Of a DNA stretch of 64,000 nucleotides, positions 10,837 through 20,877 are shown one piece after another (the first letter of the stretch is position 1; every line of letters begins with the position of its first letter). A program made the translations under genes and the position numbers. Source of the stretch: an uncultured Gammaproteobacteria bacterium (GTDB taxonomy: Bacteria; Pseudomonadota; Gammaproteobacteria; JACCXJ01); NCBI GenBank assembly GCA_963764725.1, contig CAVXTM010000016.1, positions 128,001-192,000 on the forward strand, in the 5' to 3' direction. Below the pieces are notes generated by a model, which saw nothing but the letters and a program-made list of their open reading frames with translations, was not told the origin of the DNA and ran no database searches.

Positions 10837-11304
10837 ATGATAACTTCAATTTCCCGCTCGTGCCGGAATCGGGCCATGGGGGCGATCCCGCTGTTGATCT
10901 TCGTGGCCGCTTCGGCCATGCCCAGTCTGGCTGCCGGCAAGGAGCCGGTCGGCACCATCGAGATGAAGGAGTTGAGTATCGCCTGGATCGGTAGCGGAAA
11001 TTTCGGCGACGGCAAGCTCCACTTCAACGGCGAGACCTATCCCTTCAAGATCTCCGGCCTCGGTATCGGGGGCTTCGGCATTTCGACGATCGACGCGCAT
11101 GGCGACGTCTATGATCTCAAGACCCTGGCGGATTTCCCGGGCGCCTATGGCGAGGCCCGCGCCGGTGCTGTCGTCGGCACGGTCAGCGCCGGTCACCTGT
11201 GGTTACAGAATGAAAAGGGTGTCGTACTTCACTTGAAGGCGGAGCGCGAGGGGCTGGCCCTCTCTCTCGGCGCCGATGGCATCGTCATTCAGATGGACGA
11301 ATGA
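10837..11304 (+). CDS. Exported DUF1134/EipA-like protein
   Basis: Signal peptide then GDGKLHFNGETYPFKISGLGIGGFG...VYDLKTLADFPGAY...WLQNEKGVVLHL; stop overlaps the cti start. Confidence 0.7.
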   Translation: MITSISRSCRNRAMGAIPLLIFVAASAMPSLAAGKEPVGTIEMKELSIAWIGSGNFGDGKLHFNGETYPFKISGLGIGGFGISTIDAHGDVYDLKTLADFPGAYGEARAGAVVGTVSAGHLWLQNEKGVVLHLKAEREGLALSLGADGIVIQMDE

Positions 11305-13686
11305 TGTCAGCGGCCAGGGAGTCGGCACTTCGATGGCTTGCTATGCGCGTGCGTCTGATATGGGCGCTGATCTTGGTTGCCGGCTGCGCGGTGTATGGTC
11401 GCTATGAGCTCGATGAGCGTTACGGCCCGGCGGATCCGGCGCGCTACGATCGCGTGCCCGCTGGCGACCCGTCCGTAGACTTCTGGCGCGACGTCAAGCC
11501 GGTGCTCGATAGCCGCTGCGTGGTTTGCCACGGCTGCTACGACGCGCCCTGTCAGCTCAAGCTCGGCGCGTGGGAGGGCATCGCGCGCGGCGGCAGCACC
11601 GCGACCGTCTACGACGGCGGCCGTCTGCTCGAGGCCCCGCCGACGCGGCTCTTCATCGACGCGCAGTTGCCGTCCGAGTGGCGGAAGAAGGGCTTCTTCG
11701 CCGTCCTGAACGAGCGCGACGCCGACGCCAGAGACCAACCTCGCGTTGAGCGTGCTCTACCGCAGTCTCGAGCTCAAGCGCGCTCATCCGCTTGCCCAGG
11801 ACGCGGTGCTGCCGAAGCCGTTCGATTTCTCGCTCGACCGGTCGAATTCGTGCCCGCGCATCGAGCAGTTCGAAGCGTACGAGCGCGAGTTCCCGCTGGC
11901 CGGGATGCCCTACGGCCTGCCGGGGCTCGACCAGCGCGAGCTCGACACCGTCACGCGCTGGCTCGCGGCCGGCGCGCCCTACGAGGGGCCCGCAGCACTG
12001 CCCGCGAACGTGACGCGCGACGTGCAGGCGTGGGAAGCGTTCCTCAACGGCGATTCGCTGAAGGAGCGGCTGATGAGCCGCTACCTCTACGAGCACCTGT
12101 TCCTCGGGTTTCTGTACTTCGAAGCGGACAAGGAGCGCCGCTCCTTCCGCATCGTGCGGTCGGCCACCCCGCCGGGCGAACCGGTCGCGCTGATCGCGAC
12201 GCGCCGGCCGTACGACGACCCGGGCGTGCCGCGCGTGTATTACCGGCTCGTGCCCGAGCGCGAGACCATCGTCGCGAAGACGCACATGCCCTACGCGCTC
12301 TCGCCCGGCCGCATGGCGAAGTTCCGGACCTGGTTCCTCGTGGCCCCCTATGAGGTGAGCGCGCTGCCGTCCTACGCGGTCGAGGTCTCGACCAATCCCT
12401 TCGTCGCGTTCAACGCCATCCCGGCCGACTCGCGCTACCGCTTCATGCTCGACGAGGCGCAGTACTTCATCATGAACTTCATCAAGGGCCCGGTCTGCCG
12501 CGGCCAGCTCGCCGTCGACGTGATCGAGGACCGCTTCTGGGTCTTCTTCGTGGACCCGGAGTCGGGCGCAAGCGAAGCGAGCGCCGAGCTGATCGCGCGG
12601 CAGTCGAGCGATCTGCGCCTGCCCGCCGAATGGGGCAGCGACGCGCCGCTGCTCCGGCCGTGGCTCGAGTACGCCGACCTCGAGACGAAATACCTGAAGG
12701 CGAAGACCAGGATCCTCGACCAGACGTTCGCCGGGCCTGCCAAGGTCGACCTCTCGCTCGTGTGGGACGGCGACGGCCGCAACCCGAACGCCGCGCTGAC
12801 CGTGTTCCGCCACTTCGGCAACGCATCGGTGGTGAAAGGCCTGGTGGGCGAGCCGCCGAAAACCGCGTGGGTGATCAGCTACCCGCTTTTCGAGCGCATC
12901 TACTACCTGCTCGCCGCCGGCTACGACGTGTACGGCAACGCCGGGCACCAGCTCAACAGCCGCCTCTACATGGACTTCCTGCGCATGGAAGGCGAGTTCA
13001 ACTTCCTCGTGTTCCTGCCGCAGGCGGCGCGCGAGCCGACGCGCGACTATTGGTACCGCGGCGCGTCGAGCGACGTGAAAGACTACGTGTACGGCCGCAA
13101 GGCGTACTTCGACCGCGAGACCGGCATCGTCTACCGCACCGCCGACCCGCAGCGCGAGCTCTACGGCATGCTGCGCGCGCGCCTCGCGCCGGTGCTCGCG
13201 CCGCGCTTCGACCTCTCGACGGTGGCGGACGAGGCGCTGCGGCGCGATCTGCAGGCGCTTGCCGCGGTGCGCGGCGCGAGCACCGCGTGGCTGCCCGAGG
13301 CGGTGTTCGTGCGCGTGGACGATCCACCGCGTCCGCCGCAGTGGTACACCCTGCTCCGCAACACCGCCCACAGCAACGTCTCGCACATCTTCTTCGAGAA
13401 GTCGGAGCTCCTCCCCGCCGAGAACACGCTCACGGTCGTACCGGGATTCATCGGCGCCTATCCGAACGCGATCTACCGCGTCCGGCGCGCCGATCTGCCC
13501 GCGCTCGCGGCCGCGATCCGCGGGCTCGCCTCGGAGGACGACTACCGCAAGCTCGCCGACCGCTTCGCTATCCGTCGCACCGACACACGTTTTTGGTCTT
13601 ACAGTGACGCCGTGCATGCCGCGTATCGACGTTGGGCGCCCCTCGAAGCGGCGCTATTCGACTATAACCGATTCGAAAATCGTTGA
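11301..13686 (+). CDS. cti: Fatty acid cis/trans isomerase (heme c lipoprotein), frameshift near 11735
   Basis: LVAGC lipobox, VKPVLDSRCVVCHGCYDAPCQLKL (CxxCH), IKGPVCRGQLA, RLYMDFLRMEGE, terminal DYNRFENR; ORFs 11301-12353 and 11746-13686 join. Confidence 0.93.
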
Positions 13687-13704
13687 TCATAACGCATCGG
13701 AGAT

Positions 13705-14373
13705 ATGGTAACCCCGCCCGTGGAAACTGTTGCCTGCCCCGATTGCGATTTGCTCCAGCGCATACCGCCGCTCCCGCCGGGCGGGAAGGCGCGCTGCTCG
13801 CGGTGCGGCTACTCTCTCGCCACCCGGCCGTCCGATCCGCTCGAACTGCCCCTCGCTCTCACGGTCACCGCCGCGATCGTGTTCATCGTCGCCAATACGG
13901 CACCGCTGATGGGGCTCTCGGCCGTCGGGCGCAGCGCGAGCACGACGATCATCGGCGGCGCGTACGAGATGTGGGTGCAGGGCCAAGCGCTCACGGGCGT
14001 GGTCGTCGCGTTCTGCGCGGTGATCGCCCCCGCAAGCTACATCCTATTCATGCTGACGGTCCTGCTTGCGGTGAGGCGGCCGCCGGCGCCGCGCTGGGTC
14101 GGCGAGATGCTGCGCTGGGCGCGACACCTGCAGCTCTGGTCGATGCTCGAGGTGATGACGCTCGGCATCCTCGTCGCGCTCTTCAAGATCGCGGAGCTAG
14201 CGACGGTGGACGCCGGCGTCGGCCTGTATGCGGTCGGCGCGCTCCTGGTGCTTTTCCCAGCGATCATGATCCACTTCGATCCGCGCGAGATCTGGCAACG
14301 GGTCGAGTGGGCCGACGGCGAAGTGCCGCCGCCGATGCCTCGCGAGGTCCCCGCCACGGAGCCGGCGCGTTGA
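13705..14373 (+). CDS. pqiA: Paraquat-inducible protein A (N-terminal half-type)
   Basis: ACPDCDLLQ..ARCSRCG zinc ribbon and WSMLEVMTLGILVALFKI. Confidence 0.9.
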   Translation: MVTPPVETVACPDCDLLQRIPPLPPGGKARCSRCGYSLATRPSDPLELPLALTVTAAIVFIVANTAPLMGLSAVGRSASTTIIGGAYEMWVQGQALTGVVVAFCAVIAPASYILFMLTVLLAVRRPPAPRWVGEMLRWARHLQLWSMLEVMTLGILVALFKIAELATVDAGVGLYAVGALLVLFPAIMIHFDPREIWQRVEWADGEVPPPMPREVPATEPAR

Positions 14374-15011
14374 CGGCCGCAACTCTTACCGCCGCGCAGG
14401 AAGGACTCGTTTCCTGCGAGACGTGCAGCCTGCTGTCGCGGCCCGCCAGTGCGGCCGAGCCGGGCTTCTGCCGCCGCTGCGGCGCGCGGCTCGAATTCCG
14501 CCGCCACGACTCAATCCAGTACACGTGGGCGCTCGTCATCGCCGCGGCGATCTGCTACATCCCCGCGAACACCCTGCCGGTGCTGACCACCAACACGCTC
14601 GGGTCCTCCGAATCCGACACCATCATGGGCGGGGTGGTGTTCCTCTACACCTCGGGATCGTGGCCGCTTGCGCTCATCGTGCTGATCGCGAGCGTGATGA
14701 TCCCGCTCGGCAAGCTGGTCGCGCTCGCCTATCTCCTGATCACCGTGCAGCGCGGCTCGGCCGAGAGCACCCGCGAGCGGACGCGGCTGTATCGCATGGT
14801 GGAATTCATCGGCCGGTGGTCGATGCTCGACGTGTTCGTCGACACCTTCACCGTTGCCCTCGTGCAGCTGCAGCCACTGATGTCGGTGGAGCCCGGTCCG
14901 GGGGTGCTGTTTTTCGCGGCAGTGGTGGTGCTGACGATGCTCGCGGCCGAGTCCTTCGACCCGCGCCTGATCTGGGATCCCGGTAACCGGAAGCAACCTC
15001 GACATGGCTGA
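14370..15011 (+). CDS. pqiA: Paraquat-inducible protein A (C-terminal half-type)
   Basis: TTG start overlapping the upstream stop; CETC..CRRCG, YIPANTLPV, FIGRWSMLDVFV, ESFDPRLIWD. Confidence 0.9.
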   Translation: MTAATLTAAQEGLVSCETCSLLSRPASAAEPGFCRRCGARLEFRRHDSIQYTWALVIAAAICYIPANTLPVLTTNTLGSSESDTIMGGVVFLYTSGSWPLALIVLIASVMIPLGKLVALAYLLITVQRGSAESTRERTRLYRMVEFIGRWSMLDVFVDTFTVALVQLQPLMSVEPGPGVLFFAAVVVLTMLAAESFDPRLIWDPGNRKQPRHG

Positions 15012-15022
15012 CAACACCGATC

Positions 15023-16673
15023 ATGGACAACCTGCCGCAGGCCGCGGTCGTACCGCCGAAACGCACGCGGATCTCGATCGTCTGGATCATCCCGATCCTC
15101 GCCGCGGTGGTGGCCATCGGCATCGCGATCCAGCGCGTCATGACCGAAGGCCCGACCATCACCATCGTGTTCGCGGCCGCCGAAGGCATCGAGGCCGGCA
15201 AGACCTTCATCAAGTACAAGGACGTGAACATCGGCCAGGTGACGGCGGTGCAGCTTGCCGAGAACTACTCCAAGGTGGAAGTGACCGCGAAGATCGACAA
15301 GAGCGCGGCGGGTCTGATGGTGGAGGACGCGAAGTTCTGGGTCGTCGAGCCGCGCATCACCCTGGGCGGAGTCTCGGGGCTCGGCACCTTGCTCGCGGGC
15401 AACTACATCGGGTTCGAAGCCGGCAAGTCGGCCGAGGCGCGGCGCAGGTTCACCGGACTCGACGTGCAACCCACCATTACCGACCAACCGGGCCGGAAGT
15501 TCGTACTGAAGGCCCACGACCTCGGGTCGTTGGGGATCGGCTCGCCGATCTACTACCGCCGTCTGCAGGTCGGCCAGGTCGCCGCGCACAGTCTCGCAGC
15601 CGACGGCAAGTCGGTCGAGATCACGGTGTTCGTCAACGCGCCCTACGACAAGTACGTCAATCCGGAGACGCGCTTCTGGAATGCGAGTGGAATCGACGTC
15701 TCGGTCGGCGCCGACGGACTGGACGTTCGCACGGAGTCGTTGCTGGCGCTGCTCGCGGGCGGTCTCGCGTTCGATACGCCCTCCTTCGTGGCACCGCACG
15801 AGCCGGCCGCCGAGAACACCGCGTTCCAGCTCTACCCCGACCGCGCCACGGCGATGAAGCAGCCGGAGGCCATCTCCAGGCGCTTTGTGCTCTATTTCAC
15901 CGAGTCGGTGCGGGGGCTGGCAGGTGGGGGCGCCGGTGACCTTGTTCGGCTTGCCGGTGGGCGAGGTCACCGAAGTCGGTCTGACCTTCGACCCCGCCAC
16001 GCTGGTTTTTGGCCCGCGTGCGAACATCACGTTCTTCTTAGAGCGTGTCATTGAGCAGTTGCCCTCAGAGGAAAAAGCTGCCGCCGAGACCATGGCGCAG
16101 CAGAGTGCAGAGGCCCGCTTGCAGCTCGTGCGTCGCGCCGTGGAGGAGGAGGGCTTGCGCGCGCAATTGCGGAGCGGCAACCTCCTCACCGGGGAGCTCT
16201 ACGTCGCGTTCGAGTATTTCCCGAAGGCGCCCAAGCCGAAGATCGACTGGAGCCGGGATCCGCTGGAGCTACCGGTGGTGCCGGGCGGAGTCGCGGACAT
16301 CGAGTCGAAGCTCGACAGCATCCTCACGAAGATCGATAACATGCCGATCGACGCGATCGGCACCGACCTCAGGAAGGCGTTCGCGACGCTCGAGCAGACG
16401 CTGAAGGACGCGGCCCAGCTCGTGAAGCGGGTCGACGCCGATACCGTCCCCGAGCTGAGGACGACCCTCGTAGAACTGCGCCGCATGATGGCCACCGCCG
16501 ACCGCGTTCTCAAGGACACGGACGCGACCCTCCTCGGCAAGGACGCGCCGGCCCAGCAGGAGCTTCGCGACGCCCTGCAGGAGGTGACCCGCGCCGCGCG
16601 TTCGGTCCGCGTGCTGACCGACGAGCTGGAACGCCACCCCGAAGCACTGATCCGCGGTAAGACCGAGGAGTAG
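15023..16673 (+). CDS. pqiB: PqiB MCE-domain intermembrane lipid transport protein, frameshift in G-run near 15925
   Basis: VWIIPILA, AEGIEAGKTFIKYKDVNIG, TRFWNASG, LRAQLRSGNLLTGELYV, LERHPEALIRGK. Confidence 0.92.
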
Positions 16674-16675
16674 AA

Positions 16676-17266
16676 ATGATGCATCGCCTTGCTACCATCG
16701 CCACCCTGTGCACCCTCGCCGCCCTCGCGGCCGGGTGCGCGTCCCCGCCCTCGCGCTTCTACACCTTGAGCGGCACCGTGACGCCCGCCGCGACGTCATC
16801 CAACCTGTCCGTCGCCGTCGGACCGGTGTCGATACCCGCCGAGGTCGACCGCCCCGAGATCGTGGTGAGCACGGGCCCGAACCAGGTAGAGTTGGACGAG
16901 TTCAATCGCTGGGCGTCACCGCTGCAGAACAATATGGCGCGCGTGATCGCCGAGAATCTGGTCGCGATGCTCGGCACGCCGCGCGTGACCTTGTTTCCGC
17001 AGACGTCGGGCGCGGACGCCGATTATCGGGTCGCGATCGAGGTGCAAAGCTTCCGATCGGCGCCGGGCGAGGCGGCCGTGCTGGACGCGGTCTGGACCGT
17101 GCGCCGGGCGAAGGACGGCAGAACAGAGACGCGGCGCACCAGCGTGCGCGAGGCGGTCCGGGAGGACAGTTACGATGCGCTCGCCGCCGCTCACAGCCGC
17201 GCGCTCGCACGCCTGAGCCGGGACATCGCCGACGCCGTGCGTGCGCTCGATCGTTCCGGGCAGTAG
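16676..17266 (+). CDS. pqiC: PqiC outer-membrane lipoprotein
   Basis: LAAGC lipobox, SRFYTL, GPVSIPAEVDRPEIV, RWASPL; follows pqiB. Confidence 0.9.
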   Translation: MMHRLATIATLCTLAALAAGCASPPSRFYTLSGTVTPAATSSNLSVAVGPVSIPAEVDRPEIVVSTGPNQVELDEFNRWASPLQNNMARVIAENLVAMLGTPRVTLFPQTSGADADYRVAIEVQSFRSAPGEAAVLDAVWTVRRAKDGRTETRRTSVREAVREDSYDALAAAHSRALARLSRDIADAVRALDRSGQ

Positions 17267-17350
17267 GCGCTCGAGGTGCGATTTGCGGACGTCTCGATCG
17301 GGCCCTCGGACTCCTCAGCGAATGAGGGGCGTGCGGCGTCGGGCACGCGA

Positions 17351-18839
17351 GTGAGCAGCGACGTACGCCGGCGTCGAGGCGGACGGCTCGCCCTCGCGCT
17401 GGGGCTCCTGGCGCTCGCTGCCGCCCTGTGGGTCGCCGTCACGAGCACCCCTCCGCCTGCCAGGCACGTCACCCTCACTTCCGGAGTCGAGGGCACCAGC
17501 CGCGCCGTGGTCGCGCATGCCCTCGCGCGCGAGGTCTCGGCGCTCGGCACCGAGGTCGAGATCGTCGAGCGGTCGGGCGCGCAGGCGGAGATCTCGAGTG
17601 TCAACTCGGGGAGCATCGACTTCGCACTCGTCTCCGGCGCGTACCGGATCGAGCGCTACCCGCACGTCCGCCAGGTGGCACCGCTCTATGTCGAGGCCCT
17701 CCATCTGCTGGTGAAGGAGGAGCACGCCGGATCGGTCGGTGCGAGCCTCGCCGGCCTTCGCGGACGCGTGGTCGACATCGGTCCGCACGATGCGGCAACC
17801 GAGGGCCTAGCCGTCGCCGTCCTTGCCTTCTCGGGGGTGCCCTTCGCAAACGGCACGGCGACCGGAGGCGCCGCCGTCCGCTCGCTCGAGCTCGCCGATC
17901 TCGAGGCGCTCGTCGAGCGCGGCAATCGCAAGGCCCTGCCGGACGCCGTCTTCGACCTCGCCACCGTGCCGTCGAAGGTCGCGCAGAAGCTGGTACGCTC
18001 GGGGAAATATCGCCTCGTGCCGCTCCCCTTCGCCGATGCATTTCGCTTGGCGGCGCTGGTCAGCGAGGATCCGAAGAGGGGTCTGGCGAGGGAGATCGAG
18101 CGTCCCTTCGTGGTGGACACCGTGATTCCCGGGTTCACGTACGGGACCGATCCAGCCTCGCCGCCGGCGCCACTGCACACGTTGGGGACACGGCTGCTCC
18201 TGGTCTGCCACGAGCGCGTATCCCCCGAGACCGTCGCGCGCTTCCTCGACGCCGCCTTCACCTCCCGCTTCGCGCACGTGGTCGATCCCCCCCTGAACCG
18301 CTCCGTGCTCGCACTGCCGCCGCGGCTCGAGCTGCATCCCGGAACGATCGGCTTCGTCAAGCGGGACAAATCCATCATCACGGCGGACAGCGTCAACGAC
18401 CTCGCCAACACGCTGAGCGTTCTCGGTGCGCTCGTCGGCGGCTCGATCTTCCTCTGGAGAGCGTGGCAGCAACGCAGGCAAGCCCGGACGGACGATCTGT
18501 TCGGGGCGTACATGCTGCGCGTGGCCGAGGTCGAGCGGAAGGCCGTGGAGCTCGAGACTCTCCGCGAGCATGGCGCTCGGGCCGGTCATCTCGCTACAGC
18601 GCGATCTGCTCCAGGTCCAGAGCGAAGCCCTCGAGCGCTTCGCGGCCGGCGAGCTGGGCAACCAGGCAACGCTCTCGGACCTCCTGGCGCCGGTGAACGC
18701 GGCGCGCAACCACGTCGGAGATCTCCTACTGCACCTCCGAGAGAACCTCGAGGAGATGGCGCAGGCGGAGGGCCGGAGCGCGGGAGCGGTCTGGGCCGAG
18801 GCCGTCGCGAAGGCCCGGAAGGCTGAGCCGAGCTCGTGA
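17351..18839 (+). CDS. TAXI-family solute-binding protein with N- and C-terminal TM helices, frameshift near 18560
   Basis: TLTSGVEGTS, IDFALVSG, APLYVEALHLLVK, LRGRVVDIG, LELHPG, then TM LSVLGALVGGSIFLWRAW and a helical tail ending in ORF 18426-18839. Confidence 0.75.
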
Positions 18840-18865
18840 GCCCATCGAGCGAAATGGAGGAGAAT

Positions 18866-19627
18866 GTGGCCCCTATCGCAATCGCTTCGATCGTGTTTGC
18901 GTGTGTCTTCGGCGGTGCGCTGCTCGGCATGTTCCTTCGTACCGCCCTGCCTGAGCATCACCTGAGGGAGGACTCGAAGGATGTCGTGAAGGTGGTAACC
19001 GGCCTGATTGCGACGCTGTCCGCTCTGGTCCTCGGCCTGCTGATCGCCTCGGCGAAGGGCTCGTTCGACACGATTAACGAGGGGTTCAGGCAGAGCGCCG
19101 CCAAGGTGATCCTGCTCGACCGCGTCCTGGCTCAGTACGGACCGGAGACGAAGGACTTCCGCGATCTCATCCGCAGGGGCTTCGCCGCCCGGATCGCGGT
19201 GCTCTTTCCCGAGGACGAGTCTCAACGTGGGACCTTGGACTCCCCTCAGGGAACAGCGACAGTGGAGGGGATCGAAAACAGACTCCGGGCGCTCTCACCA
19301 CAGAACGATGCCCAGCGCTTGCTCCAGTCGCGCGCCCTGCAGATCAGCGGCGAGGTGGCGCAGGCACGCTGGCTGGGGGTCGAGCAGGCGGAGAACACGA
19401 TCCCAAGGGCATTCCTGGTGGTGCTCGTGTTCTGGCTTGCCACCATGTTCGCCAGCTTCGGCCTGTTCGCCCCCCGCAACGCAGTCGCTCTTGCGGTGCT
19501 GTTCGTCGGCGCGCTATCAATCGCGGGCGCGATCTTTCTGATCGAGGAGTTGAATGAACCGCTCGGCGGGATGATCGCAATCTCCAGTGCTCCGATGCAC
19601 AAAGCGCTCACGCTTCTCGGGCAATAG
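18866..19627 (+). CDS. DUF4239 / bestrophin-like membrane protein
   Basis: GTG start after GGAGGA; LPEHHLREDSKDVVK, GLIATLSALVLGLLIASAKGSFD, FLIEELNEPLGGMIAISSAP. Confidence 0.75.
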   Translation: MAPIAIASIVFACVFGGALLGMFLRTALPEHHLREDSKDVVKVVTGLIATLSALVLGLLIASAKGSFDTINEGFRQSAAKVILLDRVLAQYGPETKDFRDLIRRGFAARIAVLFPEDESQRGTLDSPQGTATVEGIENRLRALSPQNDAQRLLQSRALQISGEVAQARWLGVEQAENTIPRAFLVVLVFWLATMFASFGLFAPRNAVALAVLFVGALSIAGAIFLIEELNEPLGGMIAISSAPMHKALTLLGQ

Positions 19628-19669
19628 AGGGGTGATCCTGAGAGGCGGCTTTATCCGCCGCGTTTTGCT

Positions 19670-19856
19670 CTCGGTCGGTGGCGACGCCGCCTTGCAAGTA
19701 GCTGTAACCTGCAATCAAGAAATTGATGCCTACCGGCGTGTTAGCATAGCTCCTGGGTTCGAGGTCCTGTGCATCTGCGCCGCAGGCCGCCACGGCGAGC
19801 GTCGCGGCGGCGAACCGAACGATCCAGACGCCGTCGAGTCGGGAAATCGTCCACAT
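19670..19856 (-). pseudogene. 5-prime fragment of an outer-membrane beta-barrel 'transporter' (MetA-pathway phenol degradation-like) gene
   Basis: Signal peptide plus AQDLEPRSYANTPVGINFLIAGYSYLQGGVATD, after which similarity stops. Confidence 0.7.
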
Positions 19857-19872
19857 CCGGCTGGTTACGTTG

Positions 19873-20877
19873 TCAGGGAAGACCGGCCCTGATCCGCCGG
19901 GAGAAGTCCGGCGCCTGGTCCGCGGCCCGGGCCGCTGCATTGATGTGCGCGCGCCGCTTGAGTTCCTCGAAGGGCAGGCTCTGGTCGAGACGTCCCCGCT
20001 CGTAAGCGTACTCCGGGGCATACCCGCTCAAGAGCACCTTCCATGAGTAAGGGATGTGGCCGGGGTTCACGGCCGCATGGGTCAGGATCATGGTGGTGCA
20101 GTTGGTCGTGAGCGTGTTGTAGAAGCGGGGGTGCTCCCGCAGCTCGTTGATGTCGCGCAGGTAGTCGAGGAAGATGCGGCGGCCGTTCTCGATCGGGCCC
20201 ATCACACGGAACAGGTAGACCTCTTCCGGAGGCGAAGTCCGGTAGTTGGTCCGCACCCGGATGACGTCGCGCTCGTCGGCGACGATGTACACCAGCTCGT
20301 ATTGCCGGAAGAAGCCAGGGAGCGTCGCATAGGGCCTCGTTCGGTCCTTGCGCGCCTCGATGGAGATGGCCAGGTGATCATCACCGAATCCGAAGGTGAC
20401 GAACAAATGGGCGATGGCCGGGCCCATCCAGTAGGCGGCGACGAGATCGACCCGGTCCAGGCGCCGGAGGTCGAACGTGCGGTCATAGTAGGCGGGCGTG
20501 AAGTCGGTCTCCGTGCGGTAGTCGAAGTTCCGGATATTGTGGACGGTCACGCGATCGCCGTCGAAGGTGGCATAGGGCAGCACGGCCGCCTCCGGCTGCC
20601 AGTCGCGGTCGTTTGACGGCGTCGCGCTCCCCCAGACGACCAGCACCAGCGCGAAGGCCGCGGCAAAGCCGATGACCGCGGGCCGGCGTGCGCGCCGAAC
20701 GAACCAGGCCCCTAAGGCTAGCAGCCCGATCGCAGCAAAAGTCCAGGCCTCTACCGTGCGAACCTCACCCGATCCCGGCCCCAGGTAAAAAAGGACGAGG
20801 GCGCCCCAGGCGGTGGCACCGGCGATAGCGAGGCCGGCCATAACCAGAGCGATGATGGTGCCGATCCGGCGCCTCAT
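19873..20877 (-). CDS. DUF4105 (Lnb N-terminal-like) membrane protein
   Basis: Three N-terminal TMs, PSNDRDWQPE, HNIRNFDYRTETDF, IAHLFVTFGF, FYNTLTTNCTT, FSRRIRAGLP. Confidence 0.85.
   Translation of the reverse strand: MRRRIGTIIALVMAGLAIAGATAWGALVLFYLGPGSGEVRTVEAWTFAAIGLLALGAWFVRRARRPAVIGFAAAFALVLVVWGSATPSNDRDWQPEAAVLPYATFDGDRVTVHNIRNFDYRTETDFTPAYYDRTFDLRRLDRVDLVAAYWMGPAIAHLFVTFGFGDDHLAISIEARKDRTRPYATLPGFFRQYELVYIVADERDVIRVRTNYRTSPPEEVYLFRVMGPIENGRRIFLDYLRDINELREHPRFYNTLTTNCTTMILTHAAVNPGHIPYSWKVLLSGYAPEYAYERGRLDQSLPFEELKRRAHINAAARAADQAPDFSRRIRAGLP

Noticed and set aside
13683-15011. 442-aa ORF as a full-length fused PqiA
   Set aside because: Its first ~229 codons are an off-frame reading of the first pqiA; the two halves have their own overlapping stop and start at 14370-14373.
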